Below are positions 38,891 through 54,118 of a stretch of DNA of 64,000 bases, piece by piece (positions within the stretch are counted from its first letter, which is position 1; each line of letters starts with the position of its first letter). This DNA is from Gnetum montanum. Its lineage: Eukaryota; Plantae; Gnetophyta. Position numbers and translations under genes: made by a program. The stretch lies in NCBI GenBank assembly GCA_015680685.1, contig MNCI01002682.1:716355-780354 (forward strand). Direction: 5' to 3'. The notes beneath the pieces are model-generated. The model had not been told where the DNA came from. It did not search any database and saw only the letters and a list, made by a program, of their open reading frames with translations.

Positions 38891-40085
38891 TGTAGGACGA
38901 AAGTGAAGTCAGGGACATAATCATCGAGATGCTTGTACACCACCCGACATTCTTGTGGCACTGGTGGGTTGGATACCTCTCTCCTGTGAGAAGACATATT
39001 GGATGTTAGATGGTCCATGTAATCGGTGTACTTTACTACTTACTCTAATCTGCCTAGTGTGCATAAATATTTCTATCCTGGGTTCGTTCCAATGACTTGA
39101 ATGATAATTTCACTAAGGTTAGATGACGCATGTAAGACTAACAATCCCCGGCAATGATGCTAAGGATGAGCGGCAAGGTACCCCTACGTCCAACCATACA
39201 AGTAATGGGCGTTCACACGTGACTTGGTCGAATTTCGTAGACTGTAAGCACTTAACATACACCAGACTCTAACCAGCGAAACCTTGGGTTAGAATAGTCG
39301 TTGCCTTCCTAATCTCACTTGTGATGTTCTGTTTGCAATGGTTAAGTGAGATTAAGGCTAATGATTTTTGTAGCTTTTTACTTATCTTTTGGCGTCTAAT
39401 TAAAGTATGGAAAGTAAAGAATGAACTATTTTCTGATCTATAATTATCCTAGTTTGTATTCTAACTATTCCTAGTAGAAGTATCCGATCCCATCTTCCGG
39501 GCACGTTCTGAGCATCCCCTAAGCACTTCTAGGCTACTAGACGGTAAGCATCACTGGGTTTACCAAGTGTTGGGTTTACGTTCGAGATGGTCGTACTTAT
39601 GGCCTTTACGAACCATAAAGGAATGATAGCGATTAAAGTAACGATAATAGAAACTTAAGTAATTAACAGGTAATTAATAAAGCATAAACATATTAAACTA
39701 ATGAATGCATAAAATGGCTAAGTCCAAATGCTGCAAGGAATGCTTGAAGAGTTCGTCTTTATTGCCATCACGCCAATGGGCTCAGATACATCAACACTCG
39801 AATAAAGAGCCAATCACTTTTCTTACACCTGCTACGGGCACTTGGAAAATATTCTATCTCTTGCGGGAACAAACTACAAGAGCTTCGCTACAACTAACTG
39901 AAAGGTACCTGAATGAGGCGAAAGGCCCTCTTATTTATAGGCAGAAATAGGCTCCGCGTAAATGGGGCCACGTCGATGCATGGAAGGCTACGTCGATGGG
40001 GCCGCGTCGATGTGGCTGCGTATATGCAGCCTAGTCAATGCATCGACTTAATGACACTTCATCAGTAACCATTGGAGTTCTCTAT

Positions 40086-41116
40086 TATTAGAAAATTGTA
40101 TGAGTGGGATGATCAATCCATTCTCATTCTTTTATTCATGTGTTTTTATTTCTTATCATTAATAGTTTTATTCTGATGTTATAATGTCATCATTAGGTCA
40201 AAAGTCATGTACCTTGTAAGAAACTTTCCTAAAATAGAAAATGCATCTAATATGTACAAAGATCATGAAATATTCCTAACATGGCATAAAAAGATCAACT
40301 AATCCTATAAATAAAGGTTCTTATCCTTACTTCATATATTAACACTCTATTTTCTTCGTTTCATTGTTTAACTTTCATTATCAAAGTGTTAGAAGACTAA
40401 GAAGAATAAGAAGTTTTTGCTTTTTCTATAATTTCTCTCAATTCTCCTATAATCTCTCACATTTCTCATTGGTTTTAAAATTACATTTATAATTTCTCAT
40501 TTCATAAATTCTCATACATATTACAATGATATTCCATCAAAGATATCATTTTCATAAACTTTTGATCTTTTATCATTTTAAGCATCATTAGATGGCTTGA
40601 TTTACATTAGTTTCAAGTTATAGATTATTTAATTACCTTAGATTTATCAAATATCAAGTTTAAAGTTGCATTTCTTGCATCTTTATTTGATTTCAAGTTG
40701 ATTTGTTTTTAATTACTTAGATTTACTTTGAACTTCATGCATTTTTATTTAATTTATATTAGATATAGCATCTTCTTAAGATTATTTGCAGATTCAATTA
40801 GATTTTAAGAGAAAGATCTTGATTTTCATGAGATCGAATCATTAAAAATTCAAGTTTATCACCTATCATATGAAGTATCTCTAATCAATATAATTTTTTT
40901 TTATCGATTCTTATAGCTCCAATGGATAACTAACAATAAGGCTTGGTGATCTACACAAATCTAGTTGATAACTAGTGATAGTATCATAAACAATTGTTGA
41001 GAAAGTTATGCGAAATTGTTGCCCAAGTAACCTCTACTAACAAGTTGGAGATTCATGATTCTTAAAGTGACAATTAGTGATAAAGCTGGATCATGTGTAA
41101 TTTGCAAGCTTCTACA
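40086..41116. mobile_element. Probable solo LTR (about 1 kb) inserted in A's integrase
   Basis: AT-rich non-coding block separating PLEFS from the GPF motif; ends TATTAG...CTACA; CCTATAAATA box; TSD not convincing. Confidence 0.5.
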
Positions 41117-41540
41117 TGTACTTTGATAGATGTTAGGATTGAGTTTTTCTTTCTGTTTAGCCTTTGAAGGATCTTATGTAGTTTGGTCAGAAGGAAAAAT
41201 TGGCTTCAAGGTGTGTTGGTCCTTTTAAGGTCTTGTAAAGAATCAGTATAATGACATACCAATTGCCATTGTCTTCATACTTGTGTGATGTATGTGATAT
41301 ACTCCATGTCTCTATGCTAAAATGATATCAACTAGATGAACATCTTGTTATTGATTGGTTGGATGTGTAGTTGTAGGTTGATGTTTCATATGCTGAGAGA
41401 CTAGTGGAGCTTGTGGAGTGCATGGTGTAGTAGTTATGAGGTAATCTCATTCCTATGGTTAAAGTATCATGAAGGCTGCATGGCTCTTATGTGATAACTT
41501 AGGAAGTGGAGGGAAATATGTAGGTTATCCACCTTAAAAT
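41117..41540 (+). pseudogene. Element A integrase C-terminus (GPF motif) and chromodomain-like region
   Basis: FGQKEKLASRCVGPFKVL, LHVSMLK and IPMVKVS immediately before the PPT. Confidence 0.75.
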
Positions 41541-42780
41541 CTTGGAGGAGGATGGGGGATAGATGTTACACCTCTCTGTAAGGTCCTTTGGCATAGTATG
41601 ATGACTACTTATGTATATACATGGGCTACAATCGATGATGTGTATGGGTTAGTTAGCATGTGATATTGATATATGTTTTATGTTGTCTTATGATATTGAG
41701 ATATGATTTTGGTGCTTCTATGATGATTACATAACATGATTATATGCATTGATCTTATGAAAGATGTTAGATAAGTATTGTAACTAGTAGTGATGGAGGA
41801 TTAGGATAAGAGAAGCAGTTTGGTATATGATTGTAATTTATGCATATTGTTTTGCATTTGTAAATTTGAGATATATGGCTATGTTTGATGAAGTTTAGAC
41901 TAGCTTATGGCATGTGGATGTGTAATATATGTGATGCAGTTGTTATGGGTTTGATCGGTTAAGGATTTGAAATTCTCATGTATAAGTTATAATGTCTTTG
42001 TTTCTCAAGTGTACTAGTTGGATCAGATGAAAATATTTAGGACTTATGAAAATGATTTTGATATTATATATAATACATAGTTTATATAAACATATTCTTA
42101 AAAATATTTTTCTATCCTAATCATTTAAGTTCACTACTTGAAGCATTTTCTGCTAAAACTTGAAATCATTATGGTTGTTTTTCTTCATGTTTTATGAGTT
42201 TGTGAGCTTGTTTAGGATTATTTGGGAATTTTATTTGGCCTTGCTATTATTTCTATACTTGGGTTTGAAGCTTGATTGTGTTGGAATGAAGTTCTATCTA
42301 TGTTATAAATGTTCTATGATTTTTTAGGTTTTAATGATATTTCAATTATGATTGGTAAGTTTACTTTATCTTTTCCATATTTCTTATTTTGAGATTCAAG
42401 TGTGTGTGTTCATGTGGATGGGAGTTTGAGACATAGAGAATTGGATGGTTTCTATGTTGAGTTTAGTTTAGTATGCCATGAGATAGAATCATCAATTTGC
42501 ATGCATGATGGTTTATCTGTGTTTGCTTGAAACTAGGCATTGTGGATTTTGTATGGGGATTGTAGGAACCTATCATAGTACTCTAGAGGATGTTTGAATG
42601 AATTTTATATGTTTATATAGTGTTTTTCTATTTACAATATTTTCATGTTGAAAACTTACATAGATCACGAGTTTTGATTAACTTGGGATCGAGTTCCAAT
42701 GCTAGTTAGTAAGGAATGCAAGTCATGATTATCACATGTCTATGTTGTAACATGTTTTGTTATATGATATTACCTAGGGA

Positions 42781-45700
42781 TGTGGATCAAATGTCACATC
42801 ATAGAGGGAAGGGGAAGGTGTGAATAGGGTCTCTCTATAAGAATTGCATCATTTAACTCAGCTCTAACAATAAATAATTTTGCAAACATTTACATAAAAT
42901 CAAAGTATAACACATCTAATTTATAATCAAGAGCAAAATGCAAGAAATAAATACACTCCAAATTTTATAGTGGTTTGTCTTGGGTCTACTTTTTCTTTAA
43001 AGGATGATTCAAATCTCTTCTACCCATGGGTTCCCTTCTAATCTTCAAATCCTTGAAGAACAACACTATTTTCAAGGTTTTCTAGTCTTTCTTTCATACA
43101 ACAAAGATTTTTAGGTAATAATCCTTAAACTAGATCTCAAAATAAAGGAAATTAAAATGATGCTTTTGAAATCTCTCAATAGCTTGAATTGCATCCAATT
43201 AAAACACAAATTATGCAAGAGATACAAATATTTTGAGCTCAAGAATACAATAAAGGCTTTTTATTTTTCAAGATTTCTTTCATGAAAATCTTTTGAAGCT
43301 ATACCACTTCTTTTTTTATTTCATTTGCTATTCTTGATACACCAATCTTCATCCAATGATCCATCTCTACCTATGCATCAATGATCATGAAAGCTACAAT
43401 GTCAATGGATGACTGTTCCACCATGAAAGATAAATGACAATTTTTGTTCTTTAAAACTTTTTTTGTCTCACAATATTATCGATGGAACCTTTCTCTTTCA
43501 TTGTTTGAAGGTACTTCAGTGCTAGCATTATATTCAAACTTATTGATGACACCTTTCTCTTTCCTCTTTTCTATCATCCTATCTTTATGATGAATGTATT
43601 AGCTAACATGTTTTTCATAGCATTTATGGCTTTTATCATCTTTTTCTATAATAGACTCATAGGTTTCTTTTTCTTCTTCTTTTGGTTGGTAGATGGTGGA
43701 GCATGTTCCTTAGTTACCTTAAGGTTGATGCACCTAAGTGTGATGCCATCATAAGGCATAGGTTGAGGATTTTTGGTTTCATTGTCTAAGAAAGGAACAT
43801 TAGCCTTTAGAATGAGAGTAGTGAATAAAACACCAAATGATAAGCTAAGATAACCATGTTCTATTACATTACTAATTGTGGTATGAAAGATGTATTCTAG
43901 GCCATCAAGTCTCTTTTTGTTAACCATGCAATATATAACAACTAACATAGATGTAGTACCTCATCATAATGATTTCTTTTGGGCAAGAAATTTATCATGA
44001 GAATTTGAGCAACCAACTTGTACTCTAGCTTAAGGTCTTTGCTTTTGATGTTGTGAAGCTAGGTGAAATCATAGCCATAAAGAAATTTCATCAAACTAGT
44101 CTTATCCACAAGATTTGCTAGAGCTAGGATAGTATTTGGAAATTTTCATTATCCTCCACTAGGCATGGTAAGAACCTTTGAAATCCTCTAAATAGTGGTT
44201 GTGATTTTATGCCCTAAAATAAATGACTATAGCTTCATGTCACTTAGGGCCTTTAAATTACAATAAAGAAGCTTAACTATGGAAGGTTATACTATCCCAT
44301 AGAGATGCAAGAGAGGAACCCAGTGTTGGTCCTTAAAAAAACTTTTCTACATCAAAGAACTTCTTAATTTGTGAGAGCACCACTTTTCTTTCTATCACCA
44401 TTAGCCTAAATTTGAAGTGTAGTTATTTCTCTTTGTAGGCATAAAAAATGAACAATTGAACTTCATTTTGATTACTCACATATAATGTTCCTTTGTTAGA
44501 ATAGGGTGCTATGGTCTAGGAAGAAGTGGGCTTAGTAGATGCTAGTGGAGATTGAATGAGTGGAGGAGTAGCATGACATAGTAGAGGGAAGAGAAGGTGA
44601 CCAAAGAACAAAGAACAAATGATTCCAAAAATTGTAATAGATCTCTTTTTAAAAATGATTTAAATGAAGGTCTAGCTCACCATACTATTGGTCAACTTAT
44701 TAGAATTGGGATTGGTTGAGGTTTGGTTATTGAAAGAAGGTTTGGTCGCCCTAAACACTAAAAACAGGCACAAGACTACATGTGGATTAATTGATCCATT
44801 GACATATATGGTTGACTCAATAATGTTTAATTACCATAAACACACAAGAGGTTTCCCTAGAAACAAATACCAAATAGTGAGTAATTCCAAGCAATTTAAT
44901 GGTAGGTAGAACTAGGTAAAAAGCAAATTTACAACTATCATTGTCTAGGAGAAAATCCTTAACCTACCTAATATAGATTGAGGTACTTACATATCTGGAT
45001 TAGTTGGGATATGACTTGGCTCCTGATCCTCTTTTCCTTTCTTGAAATTGATGGGAAGAAGATGGCTTAATTTTACTCTTCCCTTTAACATCTATCTTGT
45101 GGAATAAGCTTTTATACATTGACATCTTTCTAACATTGGGCTTTTATACCTTCTTCTTATACCTACCTTAGTTAGCTCTTGAAACTTTCATATATCATAG
45201 CTATAATAGGATTTATAAGGACAATAGTAATGAATATGCCCATAATTGTAATAGTAGTAGTATTGTGTATATGAGTTTCTAAATAAGAGTTCACACATTG
45301 GATAATAATTCCACTTAACTTTTCTCCATGTAGATTGCATAGGCTTATATCCAAGTACTAATTTGTCACCAACTTTCTTTGATTTCTCTATCATTACATT
45401 TAAAGTGATTGTTCCTTGAGTGAGTTTCTCAAGATCACTTTTGAGGTTTATAATTTCTTGAGCCTGATGCTAAATGGTGACTTGAGATTCATTGAGTTGC
45501 ATAAGGAGGTTCTTGATTTTTTCCTCCTTTTCTTGAAGTCGATTGTCTTTCTCCTTGAGACATTTTTTTTAAAAAAATCTATATCTAGCTTGTAAATCAC
45601 CATGAGGATCCTATTTTTCTTAAAGTTTAGGAGTTTGAACTTCCAACTTTGATTCTTGTTCATTAAGCTTCCTCTTCATCTTTATGCAAATACTTTAGAG

Positions 45701-46787
45701 TTTGGTTAAAGATATAAAAGTATCTTATACCTTTTTTCTTCATTCATACTTTTATCTTCTTCAACTAGCTGATCCTCTCCTTTAAGGGTTATTGTAAGAA
45801 TAAGATTACATCCTTTGTTTGTCTCCTAATTAGATGAGGACTTCTCTCATGCATTTTAAGAGCATAGAGCCTTTTTGCCTTTAGACTTGTCCTTCTTTTT
45901 CTTTTTCATATTTGGAAATTTTGATACAATGTGACCATAGCCATGATAATGATAACAATGAATGTCATTTTTCTTTTCATATTATTCATCTTTATTCAAG
46001 GGTTTTCTTCCCTTATAATTTTTATTGAGAATTCTACCAAACTTTCTTGTTTGGACAGCCAGTTTTTCATCATTAAAGTCATTTGAATTAACATATTTAG
46101 TATTCTCTAAGAAATTTAGAATAATGTTCTTCTTGGATGATCCAACATCATTATCTTCTTGAAGAGATAGTTGGCATGTTTCCAAGTTGCCTTAGAGCTC
46201 ATCAACTTTCATGAGATTGATGTCCCTTAAGCTAAGGATGGCTATCACTTTGGCATGAAATTTCTTAAAAAGGCTTTCCAAGACATGTTTAAAAATTCTA
46301 AAACTAGAGCAATCTTCACCAAGTCCTTTAAGTGCATTTGCAATTTTAGTAACTCTAAAGAGATACTCATTTATGGTTTCATCTTCTCTCATATTTAAAT
46401 TCAAAAATTTGTGATTAAGAACTTGTGTCTTGGATTACTTTATCAATTTGGTTTTCTCATGTATAGGCTTAAGGAGGTTATTGCTTGTTAGTGTTGCAAC
46501 AGACAACTAGGTTGAATTTTGCTAGGCAATGAGAATAATAGAGAGCATTCATTTCCTTAGCATTTGCCACATGTGCCTTATTTTTTTCATCAGTCCAATC
46601 TTTGATATCCTTGGGCCTTATGTAAGAATTTCCACTTAATGTTGTATGAATCTTTATGGGTTCAAAATAATCATGCTAAACCGATAATTAAATATAAAAA
46701 TCTAAGGATTGTAGAAAACACCTCATTCTTATCTTCCAAAAATTTTAGTTTGATCTATCAAAGAACAAAGGCTTGTAAGTAGATTAT
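42781..46787 (-). mobile_element. Element S: Sirevirus (SIRE/Maximus)-like copia, gag plus env-like ORF, no pol; inserted in A's 3' LTR
   Basis: LTR end reads CCTATTCACACCTTCCCCTTCCCTCT...CA on the minus strand. Copia gag remnants (KIRMRCFLQSLD; MREDETINEYLFRVTKIAN; decayed CCHC) lie at 45100-46787. A hydrophobic env-like remnant lies at about 43400-44560. Confidence 0.75.
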
Positions 46788-49700
46788 TGATGAGTAGCGA
46801 GGTACCCCTATGCCCAACCATACAAATCACAAGTGTTCACACACGATCCCATCAAATTCCATGGATGGGACTAGTTATGCATCTAAATCGTTATTCCTTG
46901 ATCGCAGTTCACTGTCTTCCCACTTAGACTAGTGGTAGCTTTGTCACGTATGGTTTAGTCCAAAGTGAGACATATGATGATTGATGTTGTTTGACCCTAA
47001 GCTATGATGAGAAAGAAATTACACATTTAATCTAATTAACAATGGAAAGTAAAGTGTAAACTAGCCTACGGATGATGAGTGTCCATTCCTAGCTTGCCAT
47101 ACACATCTTGAACTCACGTATTCACTACTAGGATTTCCAAGTGCTACGCTACTAGGCAAACCAAGCAATAACACTCCTAGGATTACCAAGCAAATATGTG
47201 TTTACACTCAAAATTGGTTGCGTTCATTCGACCAATTCATTAACATGCATGGAAATGTAAATATTAACTAACTACATGGAATATAAACTACATTAAAAGT
47301 AGATTTAATTTAAGTCAAAGTGTTTTAATGAATAAGAATCAATCTTGATCTTACTGCCATTCATGTAATATGTCCAAGGACATTGCCATTCAAATAAGAT
47401 GCCATACAACTAACTCAAATCCATACTATGGGCACTTACTGAGTGTTCTCTAAGACTATGAAATAAAATTACAAGAGCTCAACTACTCTATTGACTAATT
47501 TTTATGCCCAAACCATGCACCCAAGTGCTATATTTATAGTCGACACACATGCCACAATATCAGATATCTGACATCGCATCTTGGCCCTGATATCAGGTAT
47601 CTGATATCGAATGTTCGATATTCAATATCAAAGTTGGGCAAAATATGGTTCATCATACCCCCATAACTGAATGAAAACTCATCTTCGAGTGAAGAAAATG
47701 AGGAATAAGTTCCTTAAAAAATATTGGAAAGGCATGGGATTATTGATTAATATGTAAACTACTGATTGACTCTGAGTGCCACATTACAAAATTTTATTTT
47801 AGTGGATGCATACAAAATGATAGAGTGACAAAAAGACTAGATAAACATTGAAGATTACAAAATTTGTAGAGGTATTCAAGAATCTGCAAAAGATGATTCT
47901 TCTTGTTGCCACTAGCGGTGAGAGACTTTTAACCTTGATTGTTATGTCAATGCTTCTCTAGTTATGTGGAACATTCTTGAAGGCTAGACTGAAATTTCTT
48001 CTCATTGTCCCATGGATCTAGCAGACATGCGAATTTTGAGCTACTATCTTGTATGTGCTATGATTTATTCATGGGAATATCCTTCGTTGTTCCCCTCTTG
48101 ACTTTGTTTTTGCACCTAGTAAAAGACCTTCTTTCTTAGGTGTTTCTTGTAACATCACCTACAGTTACTGAAGGATCAACATTAGTTTTGGTAAATTTTT
48201 CCTTAATAATAAACCCTTTTCAGATTCCTTAGTTTTCGTTTAAGCATAAGGTGATGATAGCATACTATGCCCAAGGCTATGAGGTAACTAAAATCATCAA
48301 GCTATTCATCTTATTGTGGTCAATTACTATTAGTTACCACAATGTTTGAAAATCGGATGTTTGAAAAATTTCAAAAATTTTAAGTAGGTATCCTTAGCCC
48401 TCATGACTAATAAGTGTAACTCCATAAGCACATGAGTTTTTGAACAATTAAAACCAAAGGTTTGATTTAGAATATGGCCAAGAAATATTGAACTTGATGG
48501 ATATTTTAATAGAAAAGTAGGAAAAAGTAAAAAAGCAATTAAAAGGGATAAGTAGTTCCAAAATTATGCATAAATTCAGAGAAACTATCATTAATATTTT
48601 GGAAGATGTGAAGGTTAGTTCAAATCCATAATCAAAAAAAGTTATGCAAGTGGGTCCTCCCCAAAGTAGGCTCCTGCCATAATGCCCTTGCAGAAACATT
48701 TTTATAAATGTCCATGGGCACCCAAGAAGTTAAATGTAGACCATGCCTTTGTTCTAAACAACACACAACTGCTGTGGTTAGGATGTTGCACTATACTACA
48801 CAAAACAAAAAGGCTCATATTTGCATGTAGTAGTGAGGTGAATCATGGGATGAGAAGGGACTGTAGAGATAAGGATGTAAGGTACTTGACCATGTCCACA
48901 ATAGGTTCTTGTGAAGAATGTGATTAAAATGATTAGCATACCCATCCTTCCAAGTTTAGACCAAGTCCATACCATGAACAATAACCTCGCATTGTTGTGT
49001 TCCTTCCTACTGACCACCATGAGTTCACAACCACCTCAAAGAACAATCATCACTCCAAAAAGAGAAGAAGGAAGGAAGGGCCTTAGTTAGAGGGGCATCT
49101 TCAGGCATGGGTAACATGTTTTTCTAACCCCATAACCAGTGCTTGTAGCCCATTATTGTGTCTAAGGGGTGTGCTTTGAATTCCCATTATTATTGTTTGT
49201 TTTTTTTTTGTGAATGGGAACCACACCATGCAAAGACATAGCTTCCTTTTTATTGGTTGACAGGGGAGTGATGATACGTTCCAAGAGGAGTCATAAACCA
49301 CATGAAGGAAGTCAAGAAGAGAACCCAACAAGCCCCTTGAGGTCACATCCTTTGCCATTCCCACTTGTTTATTCTCTCTTTCTTCAAGGTATAATGATCA
49401 TTGATGAATTTTAGTTTCATAAAAGAAGAACCAAATTATTTCCATGATAAAGACCTTTTATTCAAAGAACTGGTAGGATGGATGAGGTGGTCTCACTACT
49501 TTACACAATTAGTTACCCAATCATCTTAATAGCATAGCATAAAAACCCAACAGGTAGCATTGACTTCTGCATCATGACTAGCAATATTATTAATAGAAGC
49601 ATAAAAAGAAAAATATTAAGAAATGAAAAACATATCAAGAATCAGAAAATTTTGGAAGAAATAGGAAAATGATAAAAAACTGTAAAACAAAAAAATTGAA

Positions 49701-50896
49701 AAACACTTATTAGTTCTTGAACTAGGATGGAGCATTTTCCCCATGACTAATCTTATGGCTACACATTCGGGAGATCAACTGCACAATCCCTTGGTTATAC
49801 ACCACTAGTTTCCTATCTCTCATCATGATTGATTTAATTAACCGTGTGGTAGCATAGTTAACATTAGTGATAGTCTCGTTTGGTTCATTTAGAGACATAT
49901 CTTCATCTATACTTGAAGGTATTTCCATTTTGGGGGATCTAGATGTGTTTGCTTATTCTTCTTGATTTTTTGTTTGAATTCCTAAGACTTCGAAGTTTAA
50001 TATCCATTTTTGGTGTATAATAAAAGTGTAAGATATTTGTGTCTAAGTTCTCTATTTGTTTTGTTTTCTTAAGTCTAGAACTAATAAGTAGATCAGTTGC
50101 CTCCATGCATCTTTGAAACAATTTTATATTTTCATTTTCAAGCCACTAGATGTCTTCTGGTTTAATGGCTACTACATAGACTAGTTTTGCTCACACACTT
50201 GTTCCTTAGCTTTATTGTGGGTTGTGTTAATATTTTGAATTTTTGGTTCACAGTTGCATCTTTTACTATTAGTGATGCATGTATTTTCTTGTCTCTCCAT
50301 AATGATAAGTTTATTATTTATGTCTTGTGTTAGAGTGGTGATGGTTGTTGGCTTTTGCGTATGATTAGGAGACATTGTTCCCGCAAGGAAGGGTGTTGCA
50401 CCATATTGGCCTTGTGCTGGTTTTGATGTGCTAGTAGGTCTACGTGTTTGTGCTTGTGTGAGGAAACTACCCTAAAGAAAGGACGTTTCCAAGGTTGTGG
50501 TTGAGATCTACTAGTGTTATCATTTCTATGTATGTTCATAGCACAAGTGACATTCTCTTGTTGATGTTGTGGTGCTTAACCAACCTATGTTGTTGGAGGT
50601 GACATATGGTTTAGGGAAGTATGAGAATATTAAGGATATGATGGAGGATGAGAGGTGTGAGATAGTGATTCTTCAGAAGATGTCGCAGGTCGATGATATT
50701 CAGGAGAGTGGTAGTAGTGATTCGAGGTAGAGGAAGTGGAACTAGTCAGGGGAATAGATTGTTGAAGATAATATCTATATGGGTTTGACTGGTAGTAAGG
50801 GTAGTGTTGGTTTGATGATGGCCTCCCCATGAATGTGGGTTTTGCCACTACGGTTGATGATTGTGTTGAGGTTGGTAAGAAGTCCCACTAGGATAG
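46788..50896 (-). mobile_element. Element F: Athila of the C family (3' LTR plus internal region lacking RT), interrupted by G
   Basis: LTR 46788-47655 (TGATGAG...TTCATCA) plus PPT; collinear with C; gag C-terminal remnants at 50400-50890 resemble those of D and E. Confidence 0.85.
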
Positions 50897-53800
50897 TGAT
50901 GAGCGGCTAGGTACCCCTACGCCCAACCATACGAATCACGAGCATTCACGAGCGACTTGGTCGAAATCCGCAGACTGTAAGCACTTAACATACACTAGAC
51001 TCTAACCAGTGAAACCTTGGGTTAGAACTGTTGTTGTCATCCTAATCTCACTTGTGAGGTTCTGTTTACGATGGTTAAGTGAGACTAAGGCTAATGATTT
51101 TTGTAACTTTTTAATTATCTTTTTGGGTAGCTAATTATCTTGGAAAGTAAGGCTAGAATATTAATTAATCTAAGATTATCTTAATCTAAATCTTAACTAT
51201 TCCTAACATAAGTATCTGGTCCCATCTTCTAAGCATGTTCTAAGCATCTCCTAACACTTCTAGGTTAACAGACGTTAAGCGTCACTGGGTTTACCAAGTG
51301 TTTGAGTTACGTTCGAGATGGTCGTACTCATGGCCTTTAAGAACTACGAATGAACAATAGCGATTAAAATCATAACAACAAAAACTTAAGTAATTAACAA
51401 GTAACTAATAAAGCATAAACATATTAAACTATTGAATGCATAAAATAGCTAAGTCCAAATGCTGCAAGGAATGCTTGAATAGTTCGTCTTTATTGCCGTC
51501 ACATTAATGGGCTCAGATACATCAATGCTTGAATAAAGAGCCAATCACTTTTCTTACACCTACTATGGGCACTTGAAAAATATTCTATCTCCTACAGGAA
51601 CAAACTACAAGAGCTTCGCTACAACTACTGAAAAGGTGCCTAAACAAGGTGGAAGGCCCTCTTATTTATAGGTCGGGATAGGTAGCTGCGTAAACGGGGC
51701 CACGTCGACACAGGAAGGCTACGTCGATGGGGCCGCGTCAGCGCGGCCACGTATACGTGGCCCCATATACGCGGACAAGTCGACATATCGACTAAATGAC
51801 ACTTCATCATACCCCCACAACTGAGTAAAAACTCATCCTCGAGTTACTTTACAATTTGGAAGGTATGGATTCTTATTTACAGCACACATAACTAAAACAT
51901 GTACATGACACATACATGTCACAACATGAATTTGACCAAGTGCCTGAGTTACAGAGGAGGACAAGTTACAAAAATGATGGTATTCAAAGACAAAATTGAA
52001 CACCTCGCTGGTCCTAGAGCCTTTGCTGTGTAGGATGATGCATAAAATTGCTGGAGATGATCACACCGTTCCTGGGGGCGGTGGTTCTGATGAACCTTCT
52101 CCAGCCTCTGGCCTATGCGTTGGTGGCAGCATGGATGACGGTTGTCCCATAGCAGCTGTAACTTCTGGAGGTAGCCGAAAAGCCTCTAAGAGAGCCCTCA
52201 TTTTTTCTTCTTTACTTCTGGGATTGTTCACTGTCTAGGCAGCTTCTCCAATATGTGCTGGAACTGGAACCTCCCAAGGGCATGGTAGCGTCGGAAGGAG
52301 TTCTTTTAGGTTGACAAACCAGGTTGCGAACTGCTTACGTTCGATGTCAAACGCTCGGATTGATGCCCACAGCTGCTAGTAGTCATTCATTCTACAGCTT
52401 AGGTCCTCTGCGACTGTACGTTGTCCTTCAAAGCTTGTGCGGAGGACCTCGAGTTTCATGTTTACCGTTGCCAGCTTTTGTTTTGTTGCCTTATGTGCCT
52501 GGAACTCATCCTCGTATAGGAAATATGAGGCGACCACTTGCTTTTCTAACTCTGACCACGGTCTCCCAGCTATGAGCATAGCCAGGTTTGCATATCAAAG
52601 GTTGGCGAGCTCCATGTATTCAGTCATCTCCTCAATTTGCAGCTCCTTAAGGTGGATTTCAGCTTGATTTTAGTCATTCAACCCATCGAAGATAGATTGC
52701 CATACATTGCCTCGCTCTTGGAGTTGCTAGAGTGCTTGGTTCATCTTGGCTTTGGCAACTTGAAGATGCTTCTCATTTACCTCCTTCTGCAATCCCACTT
52801 GGTCCGTGTAATGATTTTTAACTTTTTTGAATTTCAAGGCCTCGTTCTTCCAAGCGGAAATTTCAATTGCAGACTTTTGTCATAATGTCCGAACCTCCTC
52901 CATTGATAGATTTCAATTTTCAGTAGCCAACCTTTTTATGTCAGCGTTCACCCTGGCTAGCTCCTCCTGCTGTTGGTGGATGAAATTTTTCATGTGTTCG
53001 TTCTCTGCACCAATATTATGCAAGTGATGAACCTCCGTAGTTAGTGACACGTTTTCCTAGAGAACCTCCACCAAGTCCTTGTCTAAGCGATGTGCTCAGG
53101 CGTCTGCCATGGACTTGTCGAAGATCGTCATCTCTCGCACATCCTCAACGACCTGAAGTTTAAGTTGAAGCTATTGAAAAGCTTCATCTCTGGTGATTTT
53201 GCAGTTGAGGATGGCTGGATTAGCAAGCTGGGCTCTTAATTGGGCTACCTCAGTTGCCAAGCGCTGACAAGCGACTTGAGCAGCTTCAAGTTGCCCTTCT
53301 CAAAATGAGGCTCTTGCCCCTTGCCAAGAGCAGCTCTGACTGGGTTGCAGTAATGTTGTCTAGAAGGTCAAAGACATCTAGAAGTAGTTGCCCGATTTCC
53401 ACTAGTCGGTCCAACAACTCTTCATGTTGGGCTGCATCAATCTTGCTACGCGAAGTTCCAGTAGACACTTGTACATCTTGTAGTCCATGAATATTTTGTA
53501 CAGGTGCTGATAGTGCATTGAGAGCCATAGCAATTGTGTCAGCAACCACTTCAGCCACAACTTCCTGTCCCTGGTGCTGCATCACCAGGACCGTCGCCTC
53601 TTCACCATCTTCTAAGCGTATTGAGAAGGTAGCAGCATTCCCTGAGATTTCAGGGAATAACTGTTGGGTTGAGGTTGATACATCTCGGATGCTTGGATCT
53701 GTTCTAGTTGGAAGTTGTGCTCGAGCAGTGGAGAATATCGGTTCTGCCCTTTCAAGCAAGCTAACTGATTGAGCCACTTGCTCTAGGTGGCTCATGGCAG

Positions 53801-54118
53801 GGCAATAGACCGAAGGGTCTTCTCCTCCACTAGTCCTGTCAGATTGCTCTTGTTGGCTTAAGAGCATTTCCCGGATCTCGCAGATGTATTCTGCCGTGGT
53901 TTGCAAGCCCGGCTACATTGCTTGTGTAGGTGGTGGAGGTGGTTGCTGCTCCTCCTTTGTCTGTGTGGAGGTAGGAGTTTTATCTTTCATCATCTCTCGC
54001 CACGAGGCAATTGGGGTGCACCGGACTACATCATTGGAATATCGTGGTATCCTTGCCAGTTTGCACAACTTTCGAATTAGGCAGGGAAAAGGGAGAGCTC
54101 GTCTTCCACGTTTGTTCT
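50897..54118 (-). mobile_element. Element G: Athila of the E family (3' LTR plus env-like ORF), interrupted by H
   Basis: LTR 50897-51809 similar to the E LTRs; PPT; env-like ORF (LPFPCLI) collinear with E 31800-33860. Confidence 0.92.

Larger units (their letters stand above)
30682..40064 (-). mobile_element. Element E: Athila with gag-PR-RT-RH, deleted integrase core, and env-like ORF
   Basis: Two 901-bp LTRs (30682-31582 and 39164-40064); perfect TSD GTAAC; PPT at the left LTR; decayed tRNA-Asp PBS at 39145-39163. Confidence 0.95.
12217..42780 (+). mobile_element. Element A: old Ty3/gypsy chromovirus (Tekay/Del-like), host of the nest; 3' LTR continues beyond the inserted elements
   Basis: 5' LTR starts TGTCATACCC at 12217. 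A homologous 3' LTR starts TGTTACACC at 41564, after PPT GGAGGATGGGGGATAGA. Internal order is gag (MVLTR at about 16171), PR, RT (VFIDDILV at about 18720), RH, INT, GPF motif, chromodomain-like tail. The 5' LTR end and PBS are too decayed to place (about 15.3-15.8 kb). Confidence 0.88.
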